Source of the DNA: Toensbergia leucococca
Taxonomy: Eukaryota
Length of the DNA: 56,772 bases
Direction of reading: 5' to 3'
Assembly (NCBI GenBank): GCA_022813965.1
Contig: JALDZS010000155.1
Location: 1 to 56,772 of the forward strand
Shown here: piece after piece, positions 12,960 through 25,978 of the stretch
Layout: every line of letters starts with the position of its first letter
How positions within the stretch are numbered: position 1 is the stretch's first letter
Translations under genes and position numbers: made by a program
Notes under the pieces: model-generated
Database searches by the model: none
What the model saw: the letters and a program-made list of their open reading frames with translations, nothing else
What the model was told of the DNA's origin: nothing

Positions 12960-13246
12960 TACTCTCTAAGTAGTGAAGTGATCCTTCAAAAGAGTAAGTA
13001 CTAGGAACAATAATGCTTTTGATCCAGCTTTTCAGAGCGCTATTCTCGACCGAGAAAATTATACACGCATCTTCTTTCCCCCCCCTCAGGCAAAATACTA
13101 AATTATACAAAATGCAGGGACGTATCTCGCTTAGCCAAAAAAAAATAATTCCAAGGGGGAGACTCCCAAAACCTCGCTTCTCGTCTTCGCTGGGCAGGAA
13201 ACAAGCAGACCGGCCCCCCCTCTCTCCCCACATAAAAAAGGAAAGC

Positions 13247-14781
13247 TCAACTACCAAACAACTGACTACACCCCCAATTCTGCTCCACCCCCAACGGCCC
13301 CGGCTGCTTCCACAAATCATCGATGTAGCTGAAAAAAACACTCTTCCCCCCAGCGGCGCTTTTGATCGCCGCAATCGCTGTCTCCTGCTCGCTCACACCA
13401 GGGACAGCATCCCCGTTGGGATTTCCCGCTTTCGGCCACCCCGTTTCCAGATTGTAGGCGTCCAGACCGGGACACAGGGTTTCGAGCTCGGCGAGGGCGG
13501 AGGCGACGAAGGTGCCGGCGTCCGTGGCGCAAGTGTTGGCGTTAAAGTAGGGGTGGATATTTGCCGCGGCGCAGTCGAGGACGGGGCAGAGGGTTGCGCT
13601 GTTCTCTTGGAGGATGTTGAGGGGTTCGGTTGTGGTGGTGGGGCCCGTGTAGCCGGCTTGTTTGAAGCTTTCTTTCGCTGTCGTGATGAAGGTGGCGAGG
13701 TCGGAGGCGGAGCAGTAGTTGTTGAAGATGGCTTCGTTACCGATGACGATCATTTCTATGCTGGCCCAGTTTCCGGCTGCCCAGGAGGTGATTTCGGTGA
13801 TTTGAGATGCTGCAGCTGAGATTCCGCTCGAGGAGATGTAGACGCCTAGGATGAGTTTGAGGGAGTGGGATAGGGCGGCTGAACCGACGTTTTGGAGGCT
13901 GGAGCAGTCGGTGCTGTAGATGCGGATGCAGGAGAAGCCTTTGGAGGCGATGATGCTGATGTCTGAGGAGACGGCTGTGTTGTCTTTGCAGGAGCTGTCG
14001 GCGTTATAGGGGGAGTAGGTCATGCACCACTGAGAGCCGCTGGCTTCGATTGTGGAGGAGGAGGGGGAGGGGGCCGATGCGGAGGAAGATGATACTGCTG
14101 ATGGAGCGACGTAGCTTGAGGACGAGGGGGCGTAGTATACAGAGGATGAAGAGGTTGAGCTCGAGAGAGAGGGAGCATAATATATGGATGATTCCGAGCT
14201 TGAGGTTGACGGTGAAGGAGCGTAGTATACAGATGATGTCGAGGTTGAGGTTGCTGAGGATGGCGCATTGTATACAGGAGATGGGGAAGTCGAGCTGCTG
14301 CTGCTGCTGCTTTCAGAAGAAGCTGGAGTAGATGACGAGGGGGATGCTGAAGTTGCTGCAGATGAAAAGGGAGCAGCATAGCTGCTTGTAGATGGCGATG
14401 AGGTAGCTGCCACGGACGAGGAAGTATCTGGCACAGGATTGACAGTGATGTGAAGGGTGGCATACGACGTTGACTGAACGGTGGTAGTGTTTATTGCCGG
14501 CTGACCGACTATACACGAATGCATTAGCCCTTCAATTCGATTGCCCACGACGCATCTGCCATTGGCGGTCTTGCAAGGCTCAACTTACGAGTGGGTTCAC
14601 CCCAAAAGGTGGTCAGGTAGGTTGTGCATCCACAGGTGGCATTATCTGCAACATTTGCAGCTTCGAGGACTAGATCCCTCTTCACGCGATGCAGGGCTTT
14701 GTGCGCATGACGGTCGTGGAAAGAAGCAATGGAGCTTCCAACGAGGGCCGAAGCTGCGATTGCAATGAAGGCAGCTCTCAT
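13247..14781 (-). CDS. GH17 cell-wall beta-glucanase/transglucosylase (Scw11-like) with signal peptide and Ser/Thr-rich linker
   Basis: Signal peptide MRAAFIAIAASALVG; intron 14588-14509; long Ser-rich stretch; then YSPY...CKD, IRIYSTDC, IVIGNEA (acid/base), NIHPYF, ETGWP (nucleophile). Confidence 0.92.
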
Positions 14782-15384
14782 TGTTGTTGTCGACAAGACG
14801 GTAGTACTGCAGTAGTAATTATTGATTGGTGGCTGAATATGGATGTAGATATGCTGATTTTATGGCGAATTGTTTACTTGAACGAGTGCCCGCTGAAAGA
14901 ATGAAGCGGTGGAAATTGGGAATTGGAGAAAGAAATCGACCAGCACGCAGTCAAGGAGTGATCTCTTCAAAGTTGAAGCAAAAGCGCAAGTACAATAACG
15001 AGTGATTTGCGATTGAGAGGGGGAAAAGGGAGATGAGATGATGTGCGGAGATGACGGTGAGTTGTGAATGGTGAATGAGGTCAAACCAGGGTACGGCATG
15101 GGGAAATTTCAGGGGTACTCGCTAAGCCCGCCCGTGAAACCATCAGCCAATCAGCATCCTGTTATCATCCACTCGCAATTTAACCGTAAATCCGCCCATG
15201 CGCTTCTATCACCATGTCAGCGTCACTCCCCCAACACCATACCTTACTTATTAGATCCTCAAAATGTCTGGCCATCAATCATCATTGCTTTTTTTCCTGT
15301 ATATCCTGCCAAATTCCATCCGAAAGTGTCCCTCTATGTGGCAAACATTCGCCTCATCTAGGCCGTAGAAGATGGAATCGACCA

Positions 15385-16396
15385 TCATAGAAACTTGCTC
15401 GCCATGCCCATCAACCCGCTCATTCCCCCCCCTCCTCCTCCACCTCCGCCTTGACTTCCCATGTACATCTTCATTGCCATTTTAGCCGCGGAGTTGACCG
15501 CTGACTGTTTAGAGGCCGAAGGATCCTACAGCAAAAGAGTACTTAGTACGGGTGCTCTGGGCCCCAGCAACAGAACTCAGAGAGCCTAGACTTACTACAT
15601 TCCCTTGCGCGCTCTGACTGTCGAAAAGCTTACTAGCCTGCGCCATGGCCATACCCACAAATTGGTTCTGACCACCTCCTCCACCTTGACTTCCCATCCC
15701 CATACCAGCACCTCCGGACCCACCTTGACTTCCTCCCCCGGTAAACATCTTCAATGCTTGCATCGCTGCTCCTGCTCCCATCGTGTCGCTGCTATGTTGT
15801 TGCTGCCCACCCCCCCCACCACCGTACATGGCCTGATGCGCATTCACAGCGTGACGTTCATCGATGTCAGAGTTACCCGGGTTTTGATTGAGATGAGACA
15901 TGGCATTGGAAAAGATGGAAGAATCGCCCGAGGAGCCGGCGTGTTGCTGAGCATGGGAAACAGGGTTGTCGGACTGATCGTTGTAATTTGAGGAGCCGTA
16001 ACCACCACCACCGCCATATCCGGACTGCTGCTGCTGCTGTTGTTGATGGCCATACTCTTCGTGTCGTTCGTGTCTACCATGCTCATGTCTCCCGCCGCCG
16101 TACCCCTGTTGCTGACCACCACCATATTCTTGCTGGCCCCCACCGTAATCTTGTCCGCCACCGCCATACCCTTGTTGGCCTCCACCGTACTCTTGTCTCC
16201 CTTCCCCACCATATGCTTGTTGACCTCCGCCGTATTGCTGCTGACCTCCACCATACTCCTGTCTCCCTTCTTGTCTTCCTCCGCCATAGCCACCCTGCTG
16301 GCCGCCGTATCCATCATTGTTGCCTCCGTATCCGTCGCTATTGCCACCGTAGCCCTGGCGATCCCCATCCCCATAGGAGCCGTCGTTGTAGGACAT
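15385..16396 (-). CDS. Gly/Gln/Tyr-rich low-complexity protein (fungal 'beta-flanking protein'-like)
   Basis: N-terminal (Q)EYGGG repeats; conserved-looking blocks MGAGAAMQALKMF and FVGMAMAQASKLFD; intron at about 15595-15530; last exon ends GLMGMASKFL* (stop 15385-15387). Confidence 0.75.
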
Positions 16397-16884
16397 CTCG
16401 GTTGAAGAAGCTAGAGATGAATTACTGGGTAAGTGTTCGTGAGGTTGTGAGGAAGATTAGGGTATGTGAGGGAGTTGAGCTCGCAAGAAATGATAAGTGA
16501 GTATTGCTTAATATTGGAAGTGATGAGAATTAACTTGAATGGTTTCGAGTGAAGCTGGATGAGGGGCAGTCATGCAGGTCGGGGTCCGATGACGACGATG
16601 ATAAACATATTATTCCGGGCGTTGATTTTATTTTTACCTATTCTACCAATTGTTCGAGATCTGTCATGTAAATAGAATTCATTGCATTTAAGGCTTTCCT
16701 CATCCTTGAAGGCTTTATTTCCATTTCAAAATGACATGTTCAAACTTTGAAGAGACTCCGAGCTAAACAGTAGCTTTTGCATGAAATTGACAATATCGAA
16801 AAACTACTCGTACATATTACAAATCACGAGCTATTGCGGTCTCTCTATTTCCTAAATAATTCAGGTCTTTTTCCTTCTCAAGTG

Positions 16885-17718
16885 TCAATGAACCTTTGTA
16901 GCTACAACTCTCAATCTCACATATCCAAGCCACATGCTGCCATCCTCCTCATGAGTAAGGACAGTCTTCAGACTCTGGCATACATCTCTCACCGCAGCTT
17001 CCCGTTTCTCTTCCGAACACACCCGATCTAAAAATTGTGCACCCATTAACCTCGTCCACCCCTCGATACCACCCTCTTCATCTGTCGTCAATCTCGTTGG
17101 TCTATATTCCAGCTCTGACCTTTCCACCTCAAACCCAACCTCCTTAAGCATCTGCCTCATCAATTTCTCCGACGGAAAGAACCATGGACTCGTATTTCGA
17201 GCTTCGTCGACGCCAACACCTTGGTGCACAATAGCTGCTAAGAGAACTGTGTGAACTTCTGCAACATTACCGGCGCCTCCCATTTCAAACACGAATTTTC
17301 CACCAGGCTTGAGGGCCTTGTAAGCAGCTTTGAGCACTGAAATCCTCGTGGTCGGGTCTCGCAAGATCCAATGCAATGCAGCGTTAGAAAAGACCTTGCT
17401 ATATGCACCATCCTTCAGTCCTGCAAAATTTTCCAAGTACCGACAGTCTTGCAACTGCCAAGAGATATTGGATTTATATCCATATGCTTTCTGTGCAGCA
17501 TCGATTAAATTTGCTGATGCGTCGAATCCGGTAACCGAGGCACAACGGGCCTTGATCTTAGAAGTAAGTGTGCCATCACCGCATCCTAGATCAAGAATTA
17601 TATCAGACTCTTGTGGATCTAGCCAATTGACGATTGTAGAAGTAAGCTCGGGGACGAATGATGCGGATGCTGAATAGGCCTCTTTCGTCCAATGATCCTT
17701 ATTCTGTTGCTGAGCCAT
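16885..17718 (-). CDS. Class I SAM-dependent methyltransferase (trans-aconitate methyltransferase-like), intronless
   Basis: Motif I ILDLGCGDG; VFSNAALHW; LKPGGKFVFEMGG; C-terminal YVRLR. ATG at 17718 (MAQQQ). Confidence 0.9.
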   Translation of the reverse strand: MAQQQNKDHWTKEAYSASASFVPELTSTIVNWLDPQESDIILDLGCGDGTLTSKIKARCASVTGFDASANLIDAAQKAYGYKSNISWQLQDCRYLENFAGLKDGAYSKVFSNAALHWILRDPTTRISVLKAAYKALKPGGKFVFEMGGAGNVAEVHTVLLAAIVHQGVGVDEARNTSPWFFPSEKLMRQMLKEVGFEVERSELEYRPTRLTTDEEGGIEGWTRLMGAQFLDRVCSEEKREAAVRDVCQSLKTVLTHEEDGSMWLGYVRLRVVATKVH

Positions 17719-19329
17719 TTTCACACAAGAATCCTTGAGGCTTCTCTCCGACAACCTGAGATTTGAAAGGAGAGCATTCAAGAGGTTTATCAGATAATTT
17801 TGCTATTGTGTTCTTGGGCCAAGTGATTCGAATCATCTACGAGTATTCTCTCCTATGATCACTTTCTACATCCGACATCGGTGCCGTCTTCGGAGTCAGC
17901 AGATTTTAAAGGCTTCCGTACTTTGTGAGTCAGCCTACGGTACTCAGCGTGTCAGCTTTTCTAATTAGCCGGGAGGCTGTGTGGCGGCGGCAAAATGCTC
18001 GCTGAATACAACCGCATCGTTGTCAATGCTGGATTGTACCCCGACAGTCCAAGCCCCTAGAATCTTCTAGAGCTCAACAGTCTTCTGCATGAATAAAGCA
18101 AACATGCAGGGAAGACGCGACAAATTAGTGACTTAGGTAGTGACTGGTGACTTGGCAGCTAGTGGAGTGACATTTGGCCGAAGAAATCCCGAGGACTGGA
18201 CTCTGTGATACCAGCTCAGGGCACATGATAGAGTCCAAAGAATCGACCGACATTTTTATTAGAATAAACAGAGAGAGTGCCTAGAGCATAATCCTAAGTT
18301 ACTTGGAAAATCAATGGAGTTTTGCCAGTGCCATCATCGCTATTCTAGGTCATGATATTTCTTCGAACAGTAGCACTTGGTCGTGTTGAATGTTCAAATT
18401 CCGTTATGAGTTATCCTACTCTAGGTATTCTACACGAAAGTGGGGAAATGGAAATTGGCAGACACCAGGATAAAGTTTATCTACCTATGCAGACTTCCGT
18501 CGTCATCTCAACATCTGCAGTCTTGCCACGGTGCAGTCAGTCAATCCTTCAATCCTCCATCTACCTAGTCTCCTAGTCATGCAGAAGTCCCGAAGTCAGG
18601 CCATTTCCATGATATGCATGCACGACGAAAACGCTTGGTAAGTCCCTTCGTCCCTTGGGACTTCACGTACTAGTCAAGGATCCAGTCACCTCCAACCCTC
18701 TTGTTGGACTTCTCAATAACACCGACCAGGCAATTAGCGTCATCTCACGGCTTGTCGGCAAGTGCAAGTCTGATAAAGATGTAGGGAATCCTCGATCCTC
18801 GATCTAGAAGCGGCTGAAGCCTACTATGGTTGAATCATCGTTAAATCACGATCACCTGTCATAAGAGGGATCGACTCGATATATCTTCCTTGGGCTAGCC
18901 CATTTCCCCACATCGTCCTTTGATGGCTGGCTTTTGTACCACCAATCAAAGAGGGCAGCAGGATCATCCTGCCTTGACTCGGCTGGTTGAATTACCCTGC
19001 TCATCATTATCCTCGCAAGTGGCCTGGCACTAGTCAGATTCTGTCAACGGTCATCGTCCTAGGCCTTGCATAGCGTCTCAATTTCCATTTGTTTGGGCCG
19101 TGCACAGCGTATCACACGACGCCAATGGGGGCCGGGGTAATCCATTCAAAATGTGTGGAGAACTCCATGTGCATCTAGAAGCTAATGCTCATGGTATATG
19201 AGTCTGTCTCCCCCGTATTCGTCGTGCCTCTATTTACTGTCCTGTCGTCGTACAAGACTGGGGAACTTTTATTTTTTGCCTTTTTTTCCCTGATACTCAT
19301 TTGAGGTGAATATCCTTTCATCAATCATC

Positions 19330-21005
19330 ATGGGTCTCATGGTCAAGAGACCGGAAGGTATGGCTGGCTCTGCGACGCCAGCCATCGTAGTCGGACTTTT
19401 CGTTGCCTTTGGGGGTGTTCTATTTGGGTATGGCCCTTCGTTTACCCGTTTGCAAACTTGAACCCTAACATAGAATCTAGCTATGACACGGGTACTATTG
19501 GCGGTATACTTGCCATGCCCTACTGGCAAGATCAGTTCTCCACAGGATACATCAATCCCAAAACCAACCACCTTGACGTCACGGCCAGTCAGTCTTCTGA
19601 GATTGTCTCTATACTCTCCGCCGGCACCTTCTTCGGCTCTCTGAGTGCTTCGCCCATGGGAGACTTGCTTGGTCGGCGTTTAGGCATGATCGCATCGACA
19701 TTTGTATTCACCTTTGGAGTCATCCTACAAGTAGCTGCAACAGAAATCCCACTGTTCGTTGCTGGAAGATTCTTCGCCGGGTTCGGTGTGGGATTGATAT
19801 CTGCGTTGATTCCTCTTTACCAATCCGAGACATCCCCCAAATGGATTCGTGGTGCTATTGTTGGATGCTATCAACTGGCTATCACCATCGGCCTCCTCAT
19901 TGCGTCGATTGTCGATAACGCTACGAAGAATCGGCAAGACACTGGGTCATACCGTATTCCAATTGCTGTTCAATTCGCCTGGGCCATCATCCTCGTCATC
20001 GGAATGCTCGTTCTCCCAGAGACTCCTCGTTATCACATTAAGCAAAATCGACCTGAGCAAGCCGCCAAGTCTCTCTCCCGATTAAGGAGACTCGATCAGG
20101 ATCATCCGGCCCTCGTTGAGGAACTCGCCGAAATCCAGGCTAACCACGACTATGAACTTAGCTTGGGTGCTTCATCTTATATTGAATGCTTCAAGGGTAC
20201 TCTTGGCAAACGACTGATCACTGGATGCCTCCTCCAAGGTCTTCAGCAATTGACTGGTGTGAATTTTATCTTTTATTACGGGGCATCATTCTTCAAGAAC
20301 TCGGGCATCGGCAATGGCTTTATCATCTCCGTCATCACCAATGTTGTCAACGTCTGCTCCACTTTCCCTGGACTTTACCTCGTCGATAAATGGGGTCGCC
20401 GCCCTCTTCTTATGTTCGGCGCGGTCGGTATGTTCGTCTGCCAATATATCGTCGCAATTGTCGGAACTGCCGATGGTAGCTCTCACTCAGCCAATCAAGC
20501 CCTGATTGCCTTTGTCTGCATCTACATCTTCTTCTTCGCTTGTTCGTGGGGACCGGTCGCATGGGTGGTTACGGGCGAGATGTTCCCATTGAAGAGTCGT
20601 GCCAAGTGTCTGTCAATGACAACGGCAACTAATTGGCTTCTCAATTGGGCTATTGCCTATGCAACTCCTTACATGGTGGACGCAGGGCCGGGAGATGCAA
20701 ACTTGGGGGCCAAGGTGTTTTTCATCTGGGGCACATTCTGCCTCATCTGCACCTTCTTCGTCTGGGGCATGATCTACGAGACCAAAGGGCTCTCCCTCGA
20801 ACAGGTGGATGAATTATATGGTAAGGTCGGCAAGGCATGGCAATCCAAAGGTTTCGTGCCTACGGTGTCCTTCCAGGAAGTGCAAGACCTGGGCGCCAAC
20901 GTACGGCAAACATCGTTGGCTGATCTCGAGGCGGGTGCGGGCCGAAAGAAGTCGGTGGCGCATGTTGATGACTCGCCGAACATGGTGAACGAGAAGTATA
21001 CCTGA
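19330..21005 (+). CDS. MFS sugar porter (high-affinity glucose/hexose transporter)
   Basis: FGGVLFG/YDTG spans intron 19428-19480; DLLGRR, YQSETSPKWIRG, PETPR, LQQLTGVNFIFYYG, WGPVAWVVTGE, YETKGLSLEQVD. Confidence 0.95.
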
Positions 21006-22208
21006 GGCTAATGATAGTGGGATTTTGGGGGAGGCAATTTGATTACTTATTTCGGCATGTACATACTGAGCTGTAACATTCGTTTCGCAACGAAGAAGGA
21101 ATCTTTTGTTAATATCATCTTTTATACTCTTCTCGAGATGGATCATTTCGATGAGATTTTACCATGCAATTGCATCCTCCTTTTGGGACACACTTGGACA
21201 TATTCTTCTGAGATGAAATTCCACAATGATCTTCTCTCAAGCTTGAGTATGTGACTTCTGATTTTCCAAATAATATTCTAGGGTCTGAAATGTCAAATGC
21301 TCTTCATTCAACAGGGGAATTGACAGTTCTCTAAAAGTGTTCTCTTTTCTAATTTTGGGGATTATGGCTTTGGTGGAGGGAAAGATGGATAGCTGAATGA
21401 GGCTTGATGGTCTTGAGATGTAGAGGTTGACAGTGACACATAGGTACAGATATTTCATAACGAAGGAGAACTCTAGGGTCACTCTTCGAATGTATGACTA
21501 CTCGTAGATTATTCCAAGTACCTTACTCGTATGGACGGGGGACTCATGCAATGTCAATATTGAGGGATAATACTTTAGATAAGCAGCAATGGGCCCCCAC
21601 AAGAAGTGAAAACTACAAGTCATGTAGGTCACCAGGTGGGGGATTTATCACTCTTGATCAATTCTTTGACGCTTTTGACGCTTTTGATTTGCTACATTGA
21701 ACTTCTTATCAGCAGCAGAAGCGAGCTGATGACATCAATCTGACCTAGCATGAAACTCACGTAATATCAACCTCTTTTTACGTGGTTGAAACATGCATTT
21801 GGATCTTCTTCCGACAAACCCATTCCCCATTCCACATTCCATCCATCATCCATCATGGATCTCGACCAGGGACTGATGGATCGGTCCGTCGTCCATGTTG
21901 GAAGACGCCACCTCTCGCCCTCGTACCTGCACTCTTTCTCTTTCTCTTTCTCGTTGTGCTCGAGTCACCATGACTACCAAAACCACCCACTACCTCGTCC
22001 TCATTCAATCCCTGACCTCTTCTCCATACTCATACCCATAGCTTCTCGACATAGACTCCACAGCGCTACAAGCCCTTACGCTAGCTGACCCTCTCGTTGA
22101 TAGGCCTTTTCGGCTGAAAAAGCAAGCATCAAATAGCCTCGATATCGACCCCTCCCTGCATGACCTGCATCTCCTCGATAACAGTCATCTATCTGTCTGA
22201 AACTCAAC

Positions 22209-24427
22209 ATGACTGCAGCTCTAATTGTTCCACCTTCTCCACTGCGATTTATTCCCTCTTCTCAATCTATGACGGCTTCTTCCCCAAGTCAAGTCGCTGC
22301 CGGGCCTTCGCCGATACCAGATTACACGGACGCTGTCAAGGAGAATAGGAATACAAGAGGTCGTAGGGAACGTCCATGCGACTCCTGTCGAAAGAGAAAG
22401 AGTAAATGCGTCGTCAACAGAAGTCGGGATAACAGCTGTGCTGCCTGTGGGGTGCATGGTAGAGAATGTACATACTTGGAGAATCCGCAGACAAGGAAGA
22501 GGAGACCGGACCGAGATGATAAGGAGCCTGTCAAACGGAGGTCAGCATTATAAACCTGGTCTCACACCTATAGTAGGTAGCTGACTCTCACGACTTTTGC
22601 AGAGGTACCTTATCCAAGTCTCGATCCGATACAGTCTTGGAGCAGACACCCGTCTTGAAATATGAAACTGAGCCATCGTCGCCAGGGTTGAGGAATATTG
22701 ACTATGCAGAAATACCTCAAAGGACATCAGCTGTAATTCCCCAGCATTATAGTACTCACGGTGGCCATACCACAGAGTATGTACACGGTGCTACTAGTTA
22801 CCCGAGGCAAGATGCGCATAATGGTTTCTTGGGGCGGGAACCTGGGGTCAGCAGATACCAAGATCCGAGCAATGCAGCATATCAAGATATTGAACAGCTT
22901 GTCGATAGTCATGGTCCGGTATTGGTGGAGACTTTCAAAAATACAATACATTGGAATTTTCCAGTGGTCCAAGATGAATTCTTTCAACGCTACGAAAGTG
23001 GTCAGATGAATGACCTGGATCCAACTCTCCTAGCTGCCGTTTACAGTGTTGCGGTGTCATACCCGATCCTTGAAGCTTCTGACACTGCTATTGATCCATC
23101 AGACTTGAATGTTTTGCACCTTGAAGATCTAGCCTTTCGATTGTTTGGGGAATCATTGTGCAAGCCGACGCTGCCCACATTTCAAGCCGGGTTACTCTTG
23201 ATACAGAACCCGAACATTGACTCGAGCACTCTGAACACACAGCTTGTGGGCATTGGGTACGAGCTAGGACTTCACTTGGATTGCTCCTCCTGGAAATGCT
23301 CTGCCGAAGAACGAGGCTTGAGGAAGAGATTGGCTTGGGCTCTGTACATGCAGGATAAATGGTGTTCGTTGATACACGGCCGGCCTTCGGCAATTTCCAA
23401 GCAGAACTGGGCGGTCAAAGTATTGGAGAGGGAAGATTACGCGGCCAAGGATGAGGTTCTTGACGGCAACATTTCCTTGCCAGACATTGAGCGAGGTCGA
23501 GAATTGTTCAGCCAAATGATTGTCTTGACGGAGATTCTTTCTATCATCCTAGACACGTTCTATACCCTCCAAGCAATGCAAGAGATTGAAGACGCGGGTG
23601 AGAATGGTACTGCATTGATCCTGGAAAGGGCCAAGCCAGTACAAATTAGACTCAAGGAATGGTATTCTCGTTTACCTAGGACTTTGAAAATGGATAATAG
23701 CCTAACTGGCAAACTATCTTCTACTGGTCAGGAATTCCAGCTCTAGCCATAATGATAGAGCAACGCTAAACCTCAGACAGGGTATCTGCATCTAGCGTAT
23801 TTTGCCACTGAAATTACCCTCCACCGCTGCATCATGCGCTCCCTCACCGCCAGCAACGCCGACTCCTACCTTTTTCACATCTGCCGCTCAGCCGCCAAAA
23901 CACGCCTGATCTCGTCCATGGACTTTGTCAATCGCCTGAAGCCGCAACACCTAACTTCTTTCTGGTACTTTCCCTCCAAAGTCAATTTCGCTCTAGTCGG
24001 CACTTTCGGAAGCCTTCTCCTCGCTACCGCCCCGAGCCAGGAAGAGACTGATTTCTATCGGACCCGACTCGCCGAGTATCGCTGGACACTTTGCGTCAGC
24101 AGCAAAAACGCAGGCTTCGTTACCTTTGCCATCGACTCACTCGATTCATCCTTGGCTCTTCTTAAAGACTTGCCCCAGAAACCGCCCATGTCGGAACTCC
24201 GAGCCCGATTGCATGCTGCGCGACCGTTGCAAAAGTCGTCTCCTTCGAATGATGAGTTACTGGTTGAAACATCCTCGTCCAGTCGTCCGTGGCAATTGGA
24301 TTCCGGTGGGGTGGTACTTCCGGCGGGGCATTCGTCCATGGCGTCGGGGCTGGTGTCGCCTTCGACGTCGACGTCGAGTGGGTCGACAACCTACAATGCC
24401 TACGCGGAGACTTTTGGGGTTGCTTAG
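22209..24427 (+). CDS. Zn(II)2Cys6 transcription factor with fungal_trans domain (Dal81/TamA-like)
   Basis: RPCDSCRKRKSKC...CAACGVHGRECTY; ELGLHLDCSSW...ERGLRKRLAWALYMQDKWCSLIHGRPS; GYLHLAYFATEITLHR; FWYFPSKVNFAL. Introns at about 22541-22602 and 23726-23779. Confidence 0.9.
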
Positions 24428-25222
24428 TGGGGGGGAAGAGAGAATGGTTGTGTAGTGTGTTGTTTGATGCTTGCATGGGCTGTAATTGTACTCGGTATCT
24501 TGCGGCGTGTGGGAAAATCACCTCGTTAGGTTTGTGGGATGACCAGTTCTGAAAATATATGTCTCAAGAAGACACAACGCTTCCCTTTCCATACCCCGGT
24601 GCCCTGATATAAATCTCCTGCCATGCGAGTGATATAAAATTTTCAAAAACCTTCGTTTATCCCCTGCTCCACCCCGAAAGCACTAGAGGGCTCTTACCGA
24701 TGACTTTCTTCCTCAAACACCTACGCTATACACAATCAAAAATCCATCAAATTCATGGGGTGCTGAAGGGCTTCTGTGTTCCCCGCCTCGGCGCAAGTCG
24801 CGCAAGTCCCACCCTTTGGCATTACCATTATCATCCATTGCTCTCTTCCTCTGGATTGTTGACTTGACCCTCGTGTACCCAAGGCGCCTTGGTTGGAGAA
24901 CCTGCACGATGGTGTTATACAGAGCGTATCATCCGTCCATCCATACGAGGAGGGTAAACGTCATCCTTCATCCTCCGTGGTCGATACCAAGATCCCTCAT
25001 TGCTTCGTACTTTGATGTGGTAAGTTGTCTTCTTGTCCCAGAAGCCGTGATTGAAGGACCTGGATCTGCATTGAAGAGTGGGTGGTTTGATCGAGTCTAT
25101 ACCATGTCTTGGCAACTAGGCGGCTTACTTGCATGGACTCCCCATCAGCGCTCGGCTAGCCCCTGAAACCATTCCTTTGGCAGGACATGGACTACTACAT
25201 CCGTGCTCACCAATGACATCCG

Positions 25223-25978
25223 TCAATTCGTCAAGAACTGACCCCTGGTCTCAAACGCTAGGATCGACGGCATGTACGTCGAAGGAGATGTGTTCCTCAT
25301 GTTCACCTTCACTCGTCTCTGCCGCTCCACAACCGCTAGTCCGCTCACTAGCACCCGATCTAGCACCGCCACGTCTTCAATCTCCTTCCACAGCTCTAGC
25401 ATTCCGATGGTGCTTTCGCCCTTCTTGTCTGTATCCGCTGGTGGTCCCTCGTGCAGGGAGAACATGGCCCAGCATTCCCCGCTCAGGCGCTCGATCAGCT
25501 TGATGTGGGTTCTTGAGGGGCCTTGGTACCAGCACATTTCTGTTTCGTCAATTGTGGTTGCGTAGCGTGAGCAGGCTGTGTCTTCTAGCACAATTTTGAG
25601 TGGGTAGGGCTTGGAGGTGAAGGTTATGTCTGTGCCGTAGCCGTAGCTCTCGAATGTCACAGCGGCGACTTTGTCGGTTGGAGCTTTGGAGGGTTTGGTG
25701 GTGGAAGTGACGCGGGTTATTGCCATGTTGGGCTTTTGACCGAAGAGGCCGCCGTTGGCGCTGAGGGTTATGTCGTAGATTGGCGTGGGCAGGAGGGTGT
25801 TTGGGCTTATGAGAGAGAGGTGTTGGGTGATTGAGCGGGTTTTGGTGAGACGGTAGGTTTGGGTTTCGTCGGTTGGGTGGAACGGGGGGAGGGAGCTGTC
25901 GGTCGAGGTGTGGGTGAGGTGACGGTAGGGGCTGTCTATTCGTCTGGACGAGGGAAAAGAGGTGGTGGTATCACCCAT
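25223..25978 (-). CDS. Hypothetical fungal protein (beta-rich, possibly DUF6593/LURP-one-like)
   Basis: About 250-aa ORF of protein-like composition ending ...VLDRVLVSGLAVVERQRR, a C-terminal helix reminiscent of that family. ATG at 25978. The 3' end may be spliced and extend to about 25143. Confidence 0.55.
   Translation of the reverse strand: MGDTTTSFPSSRRIDSPYRHLTHTSTDSSLPPFHPTDETQTYRLTKTRSITQHLSLISPNTLLPTPIYDITLSANGGLFGQKPNMAITRVTSTTKPSKAPTDKVAAVTFESYGYGTDITFTSKPYPLKIVLEDTACSRYATTIDETEMCWYQGPSRTHIKLIERLSGECWAMFSLHEGPPADTDKKGESTIGMLELWKEIEDVAVLDRVLVSGLAVVERQRRVKVNMRNTSPSTYMPSILAFETRGQFLTN

Noticed and set aside
13013..13819. 268-aa plus-strand ORF
   Set aside because: Largely the antisense shadow of the GC-rich GH17 coding region.
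16885..24427. Methyltransferase + transporter + Zn2Cys6 factor as a secondary-metabolite cluster
   Set aside because: No backbone enzyme (PKS, NRPS, terpene synthase) in the window, and the three families are common and not obviously linked.
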